Shown piece after piece: positions 38,788 to 50,599 of a stretch of 64,000 bases of DNA. The stretch's first letter is position 1, and every line of letters begins with the position of its first letter. The stretch covers positions 8,860 to 72,859 of the forward strand of contig JAYGCN010000034.1 of assembly GCA_046583315.1 (NCBI GenBank), in the 5' to 3' direction. The DNA is from Candidatus Hydrogenedentota bacterium. GTDB lineage: Bacteria > Hydrogenedentota > Hydrogenedentia > Hydrogenedentales > GCA-2746185. The position numbers were made by a program, and so were the translations under genes. Below the pieces are notes generated by a model. That model ran no database searches, was not told the DNA's origin, and saw only the letters and a program-made list of their open reading frames with translations.

Positions 38788-39312
38788 TTAGCCGACTGCG
38801 ACATTCCGATACGCTGCGGTAGAAAAGGCAAGGCCAATATTTGGCGACAATTCAACGCCACCCTGTTGGCAATAGAGGTTAATCATCGAAAGATGATGAA
38901 TCATGTGACTAGAAATAAAGGTCAATTCACGCGCAGCACTCGAAGGGACTTCAATCTGAGCTTCGCCGATTGCGGGCAGCTGACGCACACGAACGGAGCG
39001 ATCAATCTGACCCTCGCTCAATCCCGCCAAAGCATTCACTGCCTCCGTCAAAGCATCGCTCATTTCAGCGCGAGACAACTCCAGGCGTTCATCACGAGCG
39101 CGCGCATCATAATCAATCTCGCCCTGCTCAAGCCCCGCCAAAAAACAATGCACATGTTCGAGACCATGCCGAAGATGGCAACCGATCGAGTCATGGCTGT
39201 TACTCTTGTCCACATAAAGCGTGTCAGGAATTACCGCGACGGCCCGTGTACACCGCTCCAACACCTCAATGCATCCCACAACAGTCGGATGAACGCCTCG
39301 CTTGGCTACCAT
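38788..39312 (-). CDS. DinB-superfamily protein
   Basis: SIGCHLRH..EH and RELTF..SH.IHH His motifs; ATG 39312 has a GGGAG RBS. Confidence 0.85.
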   Translation of the reverse strand: MVAKRGVHPTVVGCIEVLERCTRAVAVIPDTLYVDKSNSHDSIGCHLRHGLEHVHCFLAGLEQGEIDYDARARDERLELSRAEMSDALTEAVNALAGLSEGQIDRSVRVRQLPAIGEAQIEVPSSAARELTFISSHMIHHLSMINLYCQQGGVELSPNIGLAFSTAAYRNVAVG

Positions 39313-39554
39313 AAATGATCTCCCTATTTCGTACAATTCGAGTGTAACACACTTCTCAAAGACCGATAAAAAATTGACCTGCTGAAACATTACGCAACAC
39401 CTACTCGTTTACATTCCTAAAAGGCTTCTAGTGGTGTCATAAAAGTGAAAGGACCCCCGTATTTATGCTATGATCGGGATTATTCGTAGTTAGTTATTTC
39501 GACCAATAAATACCCCCTGCGGTGTCAAACACCGGCAAAAGGAGCACCATTCCC

Positions 39555-40256
39555 ATGAAAAAAACGGCAATTCTGGCCTGTTCGCTAGCAATCACATTCA
39601 CATTCTCCGCATGTTCCGAGGATGCCACCGAAAAATCCGAGCTTCCACTCCCCGAGGACGCCACCGAAATACTCGAACTTGAGCTGCCCGAGCCCTATTT
39701 CGGCGGAACGCCCCTGGACTATTTCGGAGCCAATCTTGAAGATCCCAATTACAAGAAACGGCCCGATTTCATGGTCCCCGCAGGCGTTACAAACGTAGCC
39801 AAAGGCAAAACGGTTAGCGCCAGCACCGCCAAGCCTGAATTCGGCGAATTTTCCTTCCTCGTCGATGGCGACAAATCCTACGAACAAAAGAGTCTTCTCG
39901 GTCTCGCCGCTGGCGGACAATGGATTCAGGTTGATCTCGGTTCCGTTCACACACTCTATGCCCTGATGCTCTGGCACTTCCACGAAGGCGACCGCGTCTA
40001 CTTCGATGTCATCGTAACCTCCGCCGACGATGCCGAGTTCACCAAGAATCTGCAGACCATCTTCAACAACGATCACGACAACACCTCTGAAAAGGGCGCC
40101 GGCAAGGACAAAGAGTACATCGAATCCTACAAAGCCAAATTCGTGGACACCAAAGGCGTTACCGGACGGTACGTACGCTTCTACACCAAAGGAAACACCT
40201 CAGACGATTTCAATCACTACGTCGAAGTCGAAGTCTTCGGTAAACCTGAGAAGTAA
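39555..40256 (+). CDS. Lipoprotein with discoidin (F5/8 type C, CBM32-like) domain
   Basis: MKK...FSAC lipobox; NVAKGK.VSAS, LVDGD, WIQVDLG, GRYVR, EVEVFG. Confidence 0.85.
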   Translation: MKKTAILACSLAITFTFSACSEDATEKSELPLPEDATEILELELPEPYFGGTPLDYFGANLEDPNYKKRPDFMVPAGVTNVAKGKTVSASTAKPEFGEFSFLVDGDKSYEQKSLLGLAAGGQWIQVDLGSVHTLYALMLWHFHEGDRVYFDVIVTSADDAEFTKNLQTIFNNDHDNTSEKGAGKDKEYIESYKAKFVDTKGVTGRYVRFYTKGNTSDDFNHYVEVEVFGKPEK

Positions 40257-40264
40257 CAATCGCG

Positions 40265-41815
40265 GTGACGCAACTCACTTCAATACAAATCAAAGCGCTC
40301 ATTGTCCTGGTGGCAATGGGCGCTTTTTTCATTCGACTGCCCGAGCTCGACCTGCGCCCCATGCACGGCGATGAAGCCAACCAGGCCCACAAAACCGGCA
40401 TCCTCATCGAAGAGGGAACATACATCTACGATCCCCACGACCACCACGGCCCCACCCTCTACTACCTCGCCCGAATCGCAGCCTCCCTATCCGGACAAGA
40501 CTCCTACGCCCAAACCAACGAGACCACCTACCGCATCGTGCCCGTCATCTTCGGTACCCTGCTCATTCTCGTCACATTGCTGCTCTACCCCGCCCTATCG
40601 CCTTTAACGCTCCTCTACTCAGCACTCATCGTCGCGGTATCCCCCGCTTTCATATTCTATAGCCGCTACTACATCCAGGAAACGCTCCTGGTATTCTTCA
40701 CCCTTACCACAATCGGCTTCGGCTACCGATACCTGCGCAACCCACGTCTCTCAACGGCCATCGGACTCGGGGCCTCCCTGAGCCTCATGCACGCCACTAA
40801 AGAAACCGCCATCATCGCCTACATCGCCATGGCCGCGGGACTCGTCGCAACAGGCTGGATCTACCGGGAGTCGCGACTCATATCCGATTTTAAGAAAAAA
40901 ACCTCGCGCAACCATCTCATCGCGGGACTCGCTATCGCCCTCGCCATCAACATCCTGCTCTTCACGGCCTTCTTCAGCAACCTGCGCGGCCCTCTCGACT
41001 CCATCCTCACCTACGGAAACTATCTCAAACGTGCCGACGGTGCAGGCTTACATGACAAACCCTGGCATTACTACCTGCACCTACTCTTCTACACCAACAA
41101 AGGCCCCCAATACTGGTTCAGCGAAGGATTCGTTGCCGGACTCGGCCTCATCGGCATTGCCCTAAACATCTGGCTTGCCCGGCGCAAGAAAGTCTCCCCT
41201 CTAACCCTGTTCCTCAGCGTCTATACCCTCGCGATGATCATCATCTACGCCCTTATCCCTTACAAAACCCCCTGGTCCATGCTCAGCTTTTACCACGGCC
41301 TCGCCCTCGTCGCCGCCATCACTTGTGCGAACCTCACCGCCTCAATTAAACCCCTCCCCATGAAAGCCACCGCAGTCATCATCATACTCGCCGCCATCAT
41401 CCACCTTTCCTACCAGGGCCACATCGTCAACCGCGTCATCCCCGCCGATCCCCGCAACCCCTACGTCTACGCACACACCTCCACGGCCTTCATGAAAATG
41501 CCCCAACGCGTCGACGACATTCGCGCAGTCCATCCCAATCCCGAAGAGATGCGTGTCTACATCATTCAACCCGACGCCGACTACTGGCCGCTCCCCTTTT
41601 ACCTGCGCAAACATCCCAACGTAGGATTTTTCTCCACCGTGCCCGAAAATCCCGACGCCGACATCATCATTGCGGCCCCCTCAACACGCACAGTGCTCGC
41701 CGAACGATTGAAAGACACTTACTTCACAGAAACCGGCGGTCTTCGCCCCTCAGTACTGCGCCACGTGTATATTCGACAAGATCTCTGGGATGCCTACATG
41801 GTCGATCGGCAATAA
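40265..41815 (+). CDS. GT-C-like membrane protein (TIGR03663 / Agl23-like)
   Basis: RPMHGDEA, YDP..HHGP.LYY, YSRYY.QE, ATKE, YKTPW, YWPLPFYLR. Confidence 0.8.
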   Translation: MTQLTSIQIKALIVLVAMGAFFIRLPELDLRPMHGDEANQAHKTGILIEEGTYIYDPHDHHGPTLYYLARIAASLSGQDSYAQTNETTYRIVPVIFGTLLILVTLLLYPALSPLTLLYSALIVAVSPAFIFYSRYYIQETLLVFFTLTTIGFGYRYLRNPRLSTAIGLGASLSLMHATKETAIIAYIAMAAGLVATGWIYRESRLISDFKKKTSRNHLIAGLAIALAINILLFTAFFSNLRGPLDSILTYGNYLKRADGAGLHDKPWHYYLHLLFYTNKGPQYWFSEGFVAGLGLIGIALNIWLARRKKVSPLTLFLSVYTLAMIIIYALIPYKTPWSMLSFYHGLALVAAITCANLTASIKPLPMKATAVIIILAAIIHLSYQGHIVNRVIPADPRNPYVYAHTSTAFMKMPQRVDDIRAVHPNPEEMRVYIIQPDADYWPLPFYLRKHPNVGFFSTVPENPDADIIIAAPSTRTVLAERLKDTYFTETGGLRPSVLRHVYIRQDLWDAYMVDRQ

Positions 41816-42565
41816 CTAGCGATACTGCCCCAACGACGCGCGCCCACGAATAATCAGCACCTCGCGAATCATGTCCAGCGAATCAAAAATGGCATGCACC
41901 CGCGTATCCAGCGAGTTCAGCCACCGTATCGGTACGTCCGCAATTCGATAGCCAAGCTTCCCCGCAATATACAACATCTCGCAATCCGCACCGAAGCCAT
42001 CCGATCGCATACGACTGAAAACGGGCTCTATGCACGTCGCCCGAACGCCCTTGAATCCACACTGGGTATCCTTAAACGTGGTAAGCCCCAACAATCGCAA
42101 CAGCAGGTTATAAATCCGCCCCATCGACTGACGATACAAGGGCTGACGAATCTGCACATCCGATCCCGCAATCGAACGCGACCCGATCACAATATCAAAG
42201 CCCTCTTCAAACTTCGGCCACAACTTCTCCACATCATCAATCGGTGTCGAACCATCCGCGTCATAAATCAGCACAAACTCACCCGTGCAAAGCGGCCCTC
42301 CCACCCGCGTCGCATAGCCCTTGCCACGATTCGTCTCATAGGCATGCATGCGCACATCCGGGTACCCAGCCTCAACCGTCTCAACGGTTTGGTCCGTACT
42401 CCCGTCGCTCACAACCAGAATTTCGGCCCGATACGACTGCTTTGCAAAGTATTCCTGCAAAATATCCAGCGTACCGCCAATGCGTTTTTCCTCATTATAG
42501 GCCGGTATCAAAACGCTAATCTGTATCGAATCCTCGCTCACGAAGGCCCCTTCTGCTACATCCAC
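41816..42565 (-). CDS. GT2 polyprenyl-phosphate glycosyltransferase (Dol-P-Glc synthase-like)
   Basis: IPAYNEE.RI, DGSTD, NRGKG, DAD, GSR, DTQCGFK. Confidence 0.9.
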   Translation of the reverse strand: MDVAEGAFVSEDSIQISVLIPAYNEEKRIGGTLDILQEYFAKQSYRAEILVVSDGSTDQTVETVEAGYPDVRMHAYETNRGKGYATRVGGPLCTGEFVLIYDADGSTPIDDVEKLWPKFEEGFDIVIGSRSIAGSDVQIRQPLYRQSMGRIYNLLLRLLGLTTFKDTQCGFKGVRATCIEPVFSRMRSDGFGADCEMLYIAGKLGYRIADVPIRWLNSLDTRVHAIFDSLDMIREVLIIRGRASLGQYR

Positions 42566-42613
42566 ACCCCAAGAAAGCCGCGAATGTTCATCAAGCTTTA
42601 CAAGAAGTTAAAG

Positions 42614-42678
42614 TTTACATAATTCCCCACCGCAAGGTACAATGAATCCTAATATTTCGACTGGCTTTGTCGATATAT
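42614..42678 (+). promoter_or_regulatory. Promoter and candidate autoregulatory operator for the TetR gene
   Basis: TTTACA-18 bp-TACAAT (42614-42643), followed by imperfect inverted repeat atttcgac-N7-gtcgatat. Confidence 0.5.
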
Positions 42679-42704
42679 GAATTACTCTTGGGAAGAACGC
42701 TGCA

Positions 42705-43397
42705 ATGACCGACAAACAATCACTACATCTGTATTCCGCCGATGATTCAAGTATTCAGCCGCGACGCCTGCCCGTTCAGGCACGCAGTCGCGAACGTGTC
42801 GAACGCATCCTCGACGCTGCCGCACAGTTGCTCACCGAACAGGGATATAACTCCGTCAAGACCAACACCATCGCCAAACGTGCCGGCGTACCCATAGGCT
42901 CCGTCTACCAATTCTTCCCCAACCGCTACGCCATTTTCAACGCGCTCGCCTCTCGATACCAGACACGCGTCGCCGAAATACTCTCCGAAAGCCTCAGCCC
43001 CGATGCCTTGCAAGATACCCCATGGGACGAAGCCCTGGCCTCGGTCATCGACGTGCTCGCCACCATGTGGCGCGAAGACTGGGCATTTCACTCCGTCTGG
43101 CTCGCCATTCAAAACACCGCAGAACTCCAGGAAGCCGATCTCCTCTTTCGCGAAGAAGTCATCGACAGCATTCTCGTCGCCTTCCTCAAACGCGTCATTC
43201 CCGGTATCGACGAGCACCAACAACAAACCATCGCACGTATCATGTTCGAAACCACCAATCTCCTGCTCGATAATTCCATGCGACGCAACGCCAAACAAGA
43301 CGAATTACTCGTGGACGAACTTAAATTCCTGCTCCACAGCTACCTCTCTGCACACCTGACTTCCGCCTCCAACCTCAGCGACGAACCCCCCTACTAG
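42705..43397 (+). CDS. TetR/AcrR family transcriptional regulator
   Basis: PVQARSRERVERILDAA...IAKRAGVPIGSVYQFFPN helix-turn-helix. Confidence 0.93.
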   Translation: MTDKQSLHLYSADDSSIQPRRLPVQARSRERVERILDAAAQLLTEQGYNSVKTNTIAKRAGVPIGSVYQFFPNRYAIFNALASRYQTRVAEILSESLSPDALQDTPWDEALASVIDVLATMWREDWAFHSVWLAIQNTAELQEADLLFREEVIDSILVAFLKRVIPGIDEHQQQTIARIMFETTNLLLDNSMRRNAKQDELLVDELKFLLHSYLSAHLTSASNLSDEPPY

Positions 43398-43406
43398 GAC
43401 TCACCC

Positions 43407-44261
43407 ATGCCCGACGCATCCCAACTCCCCTTTCTCCTCCAACTTCTGGAGGACCCTTCCCCCATGGTACAGCGCGCTGTACGCGAAGAACTCAGCGAAT
43501 TCGGTGATGACCTCGGACACCAGATTGAATCCATCTCCGATTACGTCCGCCCAGAACATGTCGCCGTACTACGCGCTGCACGTCTCGATCAGCGACGCAA
43601 CCAACTACTCACCGTATGGCCCTCCTGGTTCCCCATCGAAAACGATTACATTCAGCTCGAAACCGCTCTGGAGCTGCTCTCAACCTACCTGCGTCCCAAC
43701 ACCAACATCGGAACACTCACCAATGGATTAAACCTGCTAGCCAATGAATTCCGCGCCATCCACACCAATGCCGACAGCTACGATCTCGCCAAATTCCTCT
43801 TTGAAACAAAGGGCTTCAAAGGCAGCCAGTCCAAATATTACAGTCCCGAACGAAGCAACCTGCTCGAAACCATGCGCACCCACTCCGGCAACCCCATCAG
43901 CCTCACCTGCATCTTCATGCTCGTCGGCTACCGTGTCGGCATCACCGTACACGGATGCAATTTCCCCGGACATTTCCTCGCCATGGCCGAAGTAGGCCAC
44001 GAACTCGTTCTCATCGACTGCTTCAACGAAGGCCGCATCATCACTCCATCCGCTTTCAAGCCAGATACCTCAACCATGCCCATCGCGCGACTCGAAGAGT
44101 TGTTACAGGAACCCGCCAACGCAGAAACCATCGTCCGGCGCATCCTCAACAACCTCGTCAACTCATACACGCTCGAAGGCGACGACTCACGACGCAACCT
44201 CATACAAGAATTGCTCGACCTGCAGCGCAAGTGGATGATGTCCCCCGACGTCGTACGTTAG
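43407..44261 (+). CDS. SirB1-like transglutaminase-fold protein
   Basis: GF.G....YY..E.S.L, G.PISL, G.NFPGHFL, IDCFN.G, I..RIL.NL. Confidence 0.85.
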   Translation: MPDASQLPFLLQLLEDPSPMVQRAVREELSEFGDDLGHQIESISDYVRPEHVAVLRAARLDQRRNQLLTVWPSWFPIENDYIQLETALELLSTYLRPNTNIGTLTNGLNLLANEFRAIHTNADSYDLAKFLFETKGFKGSQSKYYSPERSNLLETMRTHSGNPISLTCIFMLVGYRVGITVHGCNFPGHFLAMAEVGHELVLIDCFNEGRIITPSAFKPDTSTMPIARLEELLQEPANAETIVRRILNNLVNSYTLEGDDSRRNLIQELLDLQRKWMMSPDVVR

Positions 44262-44938
44262 TCCTGAACGAAATTCTCCCCGTCGAACCGAAAACCCTCT
44301 TCAGTAAATCCGTCGAAGTCTTTCAGCGATTTCACGTCGTTCTCAATCAGAAAGCGCACGAAACGCCCCTTGATCGCTTTGCCGAAATGGCCCGCCGATT
44401 TCTTGCCCCCCTGCACTTTGAAATCCACATGCACCGCCGCCTCATACCCATGCGCCTTCGCATAAGACTGCGACAGCAGCGACACTACCGGCCCGCCCTT
44501 CGCAATCACGCCGATTCGCGCAGTATTCTTCTTCATCCAATACCGCGCCAGCCAGGAATTCATCGGCATCTTATACTCGGGTATCCGTGTGGCTCCCGAA
44601 ATCACGCCGAACAATCCCGACACCACATACAACCGCGTACACGCCCGTTTTTTTGCCTTCAAGGTCGCGTAATCCAGATGCGTAAACACTACTCCCGTAT
44701 AGCGCTCCAATGCCGGGACACAGCCTGCCTTCGCGATGGCCAGATTCCGTTTTCGCCACGCCAAAGCCTTCTCCGCATTCTTCACACCCACAAATTTACC
44801 AACATCCCCCTCAGGCAATGCACGCAAGTGTTTGAGTACCCCCTGACTATCCCCATAAAGCCCCGGATTCCATTTCTTGAAAGCCCTCGTACCCGCGACA
44901 TCCGATTTCCCCTCACTCGGCGGCAACAATACAATCAT
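44258..44938 (-). CDS. yaaA: Peroxide stress protein YaaA family
   Basis: LLPPSEGK, A.ERYTGV, SGLFG, K..KG.FVR. Confidence 0.85.
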   Translation of the reverse strand: MIVLLPPSEGKSDVAGTRAFKKWNPGLYGDSQGVLKHLRALPEGDVGKFVGVKNAEKALAWRKRNLAIAKAGCVPALERYTGVVFTHLDYATLKAKKRACTRLYVVSGLFGVISGATRIPEYKMPMNSWLARYWMKKNTARIGVIAKGGPVVSLLSQSYAKAHGYEAAVHVDFKVQGGKKSAGHFGKAIKGRFVRFLIENDVKSLKDFDGFTEEGFRFDGENFVQD

Positions 44939-45270
44939 ACTTCCTCTAAACCTATCCGCATGCCAGCCAGTTGCGCCAAAGCCATTACCGTAAGCAGTAA
45001 TAAAAAGTATCCTACAACCAATCCATATTGAGCCATCGCAAAACCCTTGTATTTCTCCGGCTCGCGACGCAGGTCGCGTTTCCCCAGATGTCCAAACAAA
45101 ATCGCAACAGGAAAAAGCAAATAGAGAACAGTTAGGATCTGCAACAATTGAGCTCCGAAAAATCCCAAGATCGCAACATTCGCCGCAGCAAAGCTGATCA
45201 CCGCGTTCCGGGAGTTACGCTTCTCACTCCCCGCCGCCGCCTTCACCAATATGTTCTTCTCATCATCCAT
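44935..45270 (-). CDS. Small membrane protein (DUF4190-like)
   Basis: AILFGHLG......G..MA..GLVVGY pattern with TM helices. Confidence 0.7.
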   Translation of the reverse strand: MDDEKNILVKAAAGSEKRNSRNAVISFAAANVAILGFFGAQLLQILTVLYLLFPVAILFGHLGKRDLRREPEKYKGFAMAQYGLVVGYFLLLLTVMALAQLAGMRIGLEEV

Positions 45271-45350
45271 AATCTGAGACACCAATCATGCCAAAAGAAA
45301 CGCCCCGGACACAAAGTCCGAGGCGTTGTAGTTCGAATTGTATCGTGGCG

Positions 45351-47999
45351 CTAAGCGTTCTTTTGTTCCAGGTGCAATTCACGCTTTTCGGACCAGGCAC
45401 GAAGGTAATTAACCACCGGCGTGGCCACAAACAGCGACGAATACGTACCCACCAGCACTCCCGCAATCAATGCCAGCGCGAAGTCGTTAATCTCGGGTCC
45501 ACCAAAGATAAACAAAATAATCACAACAAACAAGGTCGTCAACGAGGTCAGCAATGTCCGGCTCAGCGTACGGTTCACGCTCGTGTTCAACATATCGACG
45601 AAGTTCATGCCGCGCGACTTGTTCAATGCCAGATCTTCACGTACCCGGTCAAACACAACAATGGTATCGTTCAACGAATAACCAATAATCGTCAACAACG
45701 CCGCGACCACCGGTATCGAAATCTCCCGCTGGAACAACGCCAGAATCCCGATCACAATCAGCACGTCATGCACCAACGCCACAACAGCGCCCACCGCAAA
45801 CTTCCACTCAAAACGGAACCAGAGATAGAGAATAATAAAGAACAGCGCAAAGAAAATGGCATTAAACGCATCACGACGTAGTTGCGCGCCAACTGCAGGG
45901 CCAACCGTTTCCGAGCGTAAGACCTCCACCTTCTCGTTAATATCATTGGAGCTCACCGTGGACAACGCAGCAAGCGCTACCTGTACAGCGTCGGAAACCG
46001 AGGACCCGGCGGTAGCTTTCCCGGTCTCAGTGACCACTTCTGCTGTCTCTCCATCCTCTACAGGCGCTTCGGCTTCAGGAACTTCGCTCTGATCACCAAT
46101 ACGAATCAGAAAACGATTGCCTTCCGCCGAGTCAGCGTCACGCGACTCCTGAACGATTGGAGATATAAAGTCAGCCTCATTCAAGGCCGTGCGAACCGCA
46201 TTCACACCGATAGGCTCGTCAGACTTGATCGACACCCGTATGCTCGTACCATTCGTAAAGTCCACACCAAAGTTGTCCTTGCCACGGGATGCAAAAATAA
46301 CGACACCAACAAGGATCACCGCGATACTGACCATCGCTGCGATACGGCGTCTACCCAGAATTTCAAATCTCGGCTCGCTTTTCAAAATACTAAGCATCGT
46401 AAAATTAGAAACCAGCTTCTTCTCGGCGATAAACTCAATGAATGCGCGCGTCACGACCAGAGCCGCGAATACACTGCTACACACGCCGATGCTCAATGCG
46501 ACCGCGAAGCCCTGTACCGGCCCTGTACCAAACTGGGTCAGCACCATCGCCGCGATAAGCGTTGTCACGTTGGCATCCCAAATCGCCGATGAAGCGCGCG
46601 CATAGCCGCCTTCAATCGATGCCACCAGTGATTTCCCCTGCTGAAGTTCCTCGCGAATACGTTCAAAAATAAGCACGTTGGCATCCACCGCCATACCAAT
46701 CGTCAATATCAATCCCGCAATACCCGGCAGCGTCAATGTCGTGTTGAAATACGCAAAAGCGCCCAGAATAATCGTCGCGTTAATCAGCAGAGAAGCCACC
46801 GCGACCAATCCAGCGATGTGATAATAAATAACCATGAATACAATGACGAGGGCCAAACCAATCACCGAAGAGGTCACGCCCTGCCTGGCCGATTCGCCAC
46901 CAATCGTCGGCCCTACAATACCCGCGTAATCCTCGCGAGGCGTAACCGGCATTGAGCCCGAATTCAACGATATCGCGAGATCCTTCGCCTCGTCACCCGT
47001 AAACGTTCCCGAAATCGATCCACTCGCGCCAATGGCTTCGTTAATATTCGGCGCAGACATTACATTGCCGTCCAGCACAATCGCCAGGCTGCGTCCAACA
47101 TTGTCCGCCGTCAACTGACGAAATATCGGGGCCGATTCAGCATTAAACTCGAAAAGAATCATCCATCGGCCTGGACTCTCCGGATCCGGACGCGCCACGG
47201 AAGATTTAATGCCCTCACCCGTCATGCCTATCTCTGATTCTAGAACATATATCGAATAATTGGCTTCCTTGTCATAATCAGGAGGCGGGGGGCTAAATTC
47301 GATAATACGACCACCAGGAATCAAACCCGGCACATCAGCAGCCTGTTCAATCAACTCACGAACACGATCAATATCGTCCTGAGAAACACTGTAGTACGGG
47401 TTGTTGTACGTACGATTCTGAAGAAAAGGGATTAATTCATTCTCGAAATGGCGGTCAATATTGACTAGGATCTGCGTCGATTCATCGGGCCCAACGCCAA
47501 TGTGAAACTCAAGCCGCGCCGCTCCAAAAATGAGCTCTTTGGCACGTTTGATATCCGATTGCCCCGGAAGCTGAATTTCGACCTGCTTGGGTCCCAAAGC
47601 CTGAATGGTAGGCTCCTGAGCATCAAACTGTTCTATTCGATTGCGAATGGTCGCCAGGAAAATGTCCTGAACATCTGAATCCGTAAGGCCGCGCTCGATC
47701 GCCTCTTCATTCAATTCATCGAAACCCACAACCATGTGGATACCGCCCTGAAGATCGATACCCAGCGTGATCGACTGCTTGTTATCGAATTCGCTCCAGC
47801 GTTGGATTTTCCACTTGTAACGCTGAAAAATACTGACTTCCATACCTGCGCGATCGTAATCTTCCTGAGCCCAGCGTTCGACGCGAGCGTCTTTCTCATC
47901 TTTCTCCAGCGAGTACCACCCTACAGTAGGCACCACATTCACCACCGCAACCACAAGGACTGCAATGATTAACAAACTTCGATAAAAATGGTTCTTCAT
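45351..47999 (-). CDS. secDF: Fused protein translocase subunit SecDF
   Basis: LGIDLQGG, AIVLD...SAP, LPGIAG.ILTIGMAVDANV (SecD); GVDFTNG, GYSLNDTIVVFDR.RE, GTYSS (SecF). Confidence 0.96.
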   Translation of the reverse strand: MKNHFYRSLLIIAVLVVAVVNVVPTVGWYSLEKDEKDARVERWAQEDYDRAGMEVSIFQRYKWKIQRWSEFDNKQSITLGIDLQGGIHMVVGFDELNEEAIERGLTDSDVQDIFLATIRNRIEQFDAQEPTIQALGPKQVEIQLPGQSDIKRAKELIFGAARLEFHIGVGPDESTQILVNIDRHFENELIPFLQNRTYNNPYYSVSQDDIDRVRELIEQAADVPGLIPGGRIIEFSPPPPDYDKEANYSIYVLESEIGMTGEGIKSSVARPDPESPGRWMILFEFNAESAPIFRQLTADNVGRSLAIVLDGNVMSAPNINEAIGASGSISGTFTGDEAKDLAISLNSGSMPVTPREDYAGIVGPTIGGESARQGVTSSVIGLALVIVFMVIYYHIAGLVAVASLLINATIILGAFAYFNTTLTLPGIAGLILTIGMAVDANVLIFERIREELQQGKSLVASIEGGYARASSAIWDANVTTLIAAMVLTQFGTGPVQGFAVALSIGVCSSVFAALVVTRAFIEFIAEKKLVSNFTMLSILKSEPRFEILGRRRIAAMVSIAVILVGVVIFASRGKDNFGVDFTNGTSIRVSIKSDEPIGVNAVRTALNEADFISPIVQESRDADSAEGNRFLIRIGDQSEVPEAEAPVEDGETAEVVTETGKATAGSSVSDAVQVALAALSTVSSNDINEKVEVLRSETVGPAVGAQLRRDAFNAIFFALFFIILYLWFRFEWKFAVGAVVALVHDVLIVIGILALFQREISIPVVAALLTIIGYSLNDTIVVFDRVREDLALNKSRGMNFVDMLNTSVNRTLSRTLLTSLTTLFVVIILFIFGGPEINDFALALIAGVLVGTYSSLFVATPVVNYLRAWSEKRELHLEQKNA

Positions 48000-48044
48000 T
48001 AAGTTACTCCGGTGAAGCCTTCAAGGCGTTCAATTCGTCGTTGA

Positions 48045-48383
48045 TTACTCTTTCGCCTCTTTCGGCACCACATGCCCAATCGACGTGCGAAGAATTTCCA
48101 GTTTAACCATGGGGTCATCACTGACCTTCACGATGACGCTCTTCTCATGCAATTTCACAATCGTACCGCATAGGCCGCCCGAGCTGATCACGTCGTCACC
48201 CTTCGAAAGGGCCTCCAGCATATTCTTGCGCTCAGTATCCCGCTTGCGCTGCGGCGAAATTACCAGCATCCAGAAAATACCGCCTATCAGGAAGATTGGA
48301 AGAAACTGTATAAACGGGCCCAAACCTCCACCCGACTCACCAGCAGGCGCTTCCTGCACAATATGTATCCACTCGATCCACAC
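48045..48383 (-). CDS. yajC: Preprotein translocase subunit YajC
   Basis: TM followed by PQRKR, L.KGD.V...GG..G; lies between tgt and secDF. Confidence 0.93.
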   Translation of the reverse strand: MWIEWIHIVQEAPAGESGGGLGPFIQFLPIFLIGGIFWMLVISPQRKRDTERKNMLEALSKGDDVISSGGLCGTIVKLHEKSVIVKVSDDPMVKLEILRTSIGHVVPKEAKE

Positions 48384-48410
48384 GGTTCTAACTCCTTAAA
48401 ATACTGGGGA

Positions 48411-50596
<2,186 letters not shown>

Positions 50597-50599
50597 AAC

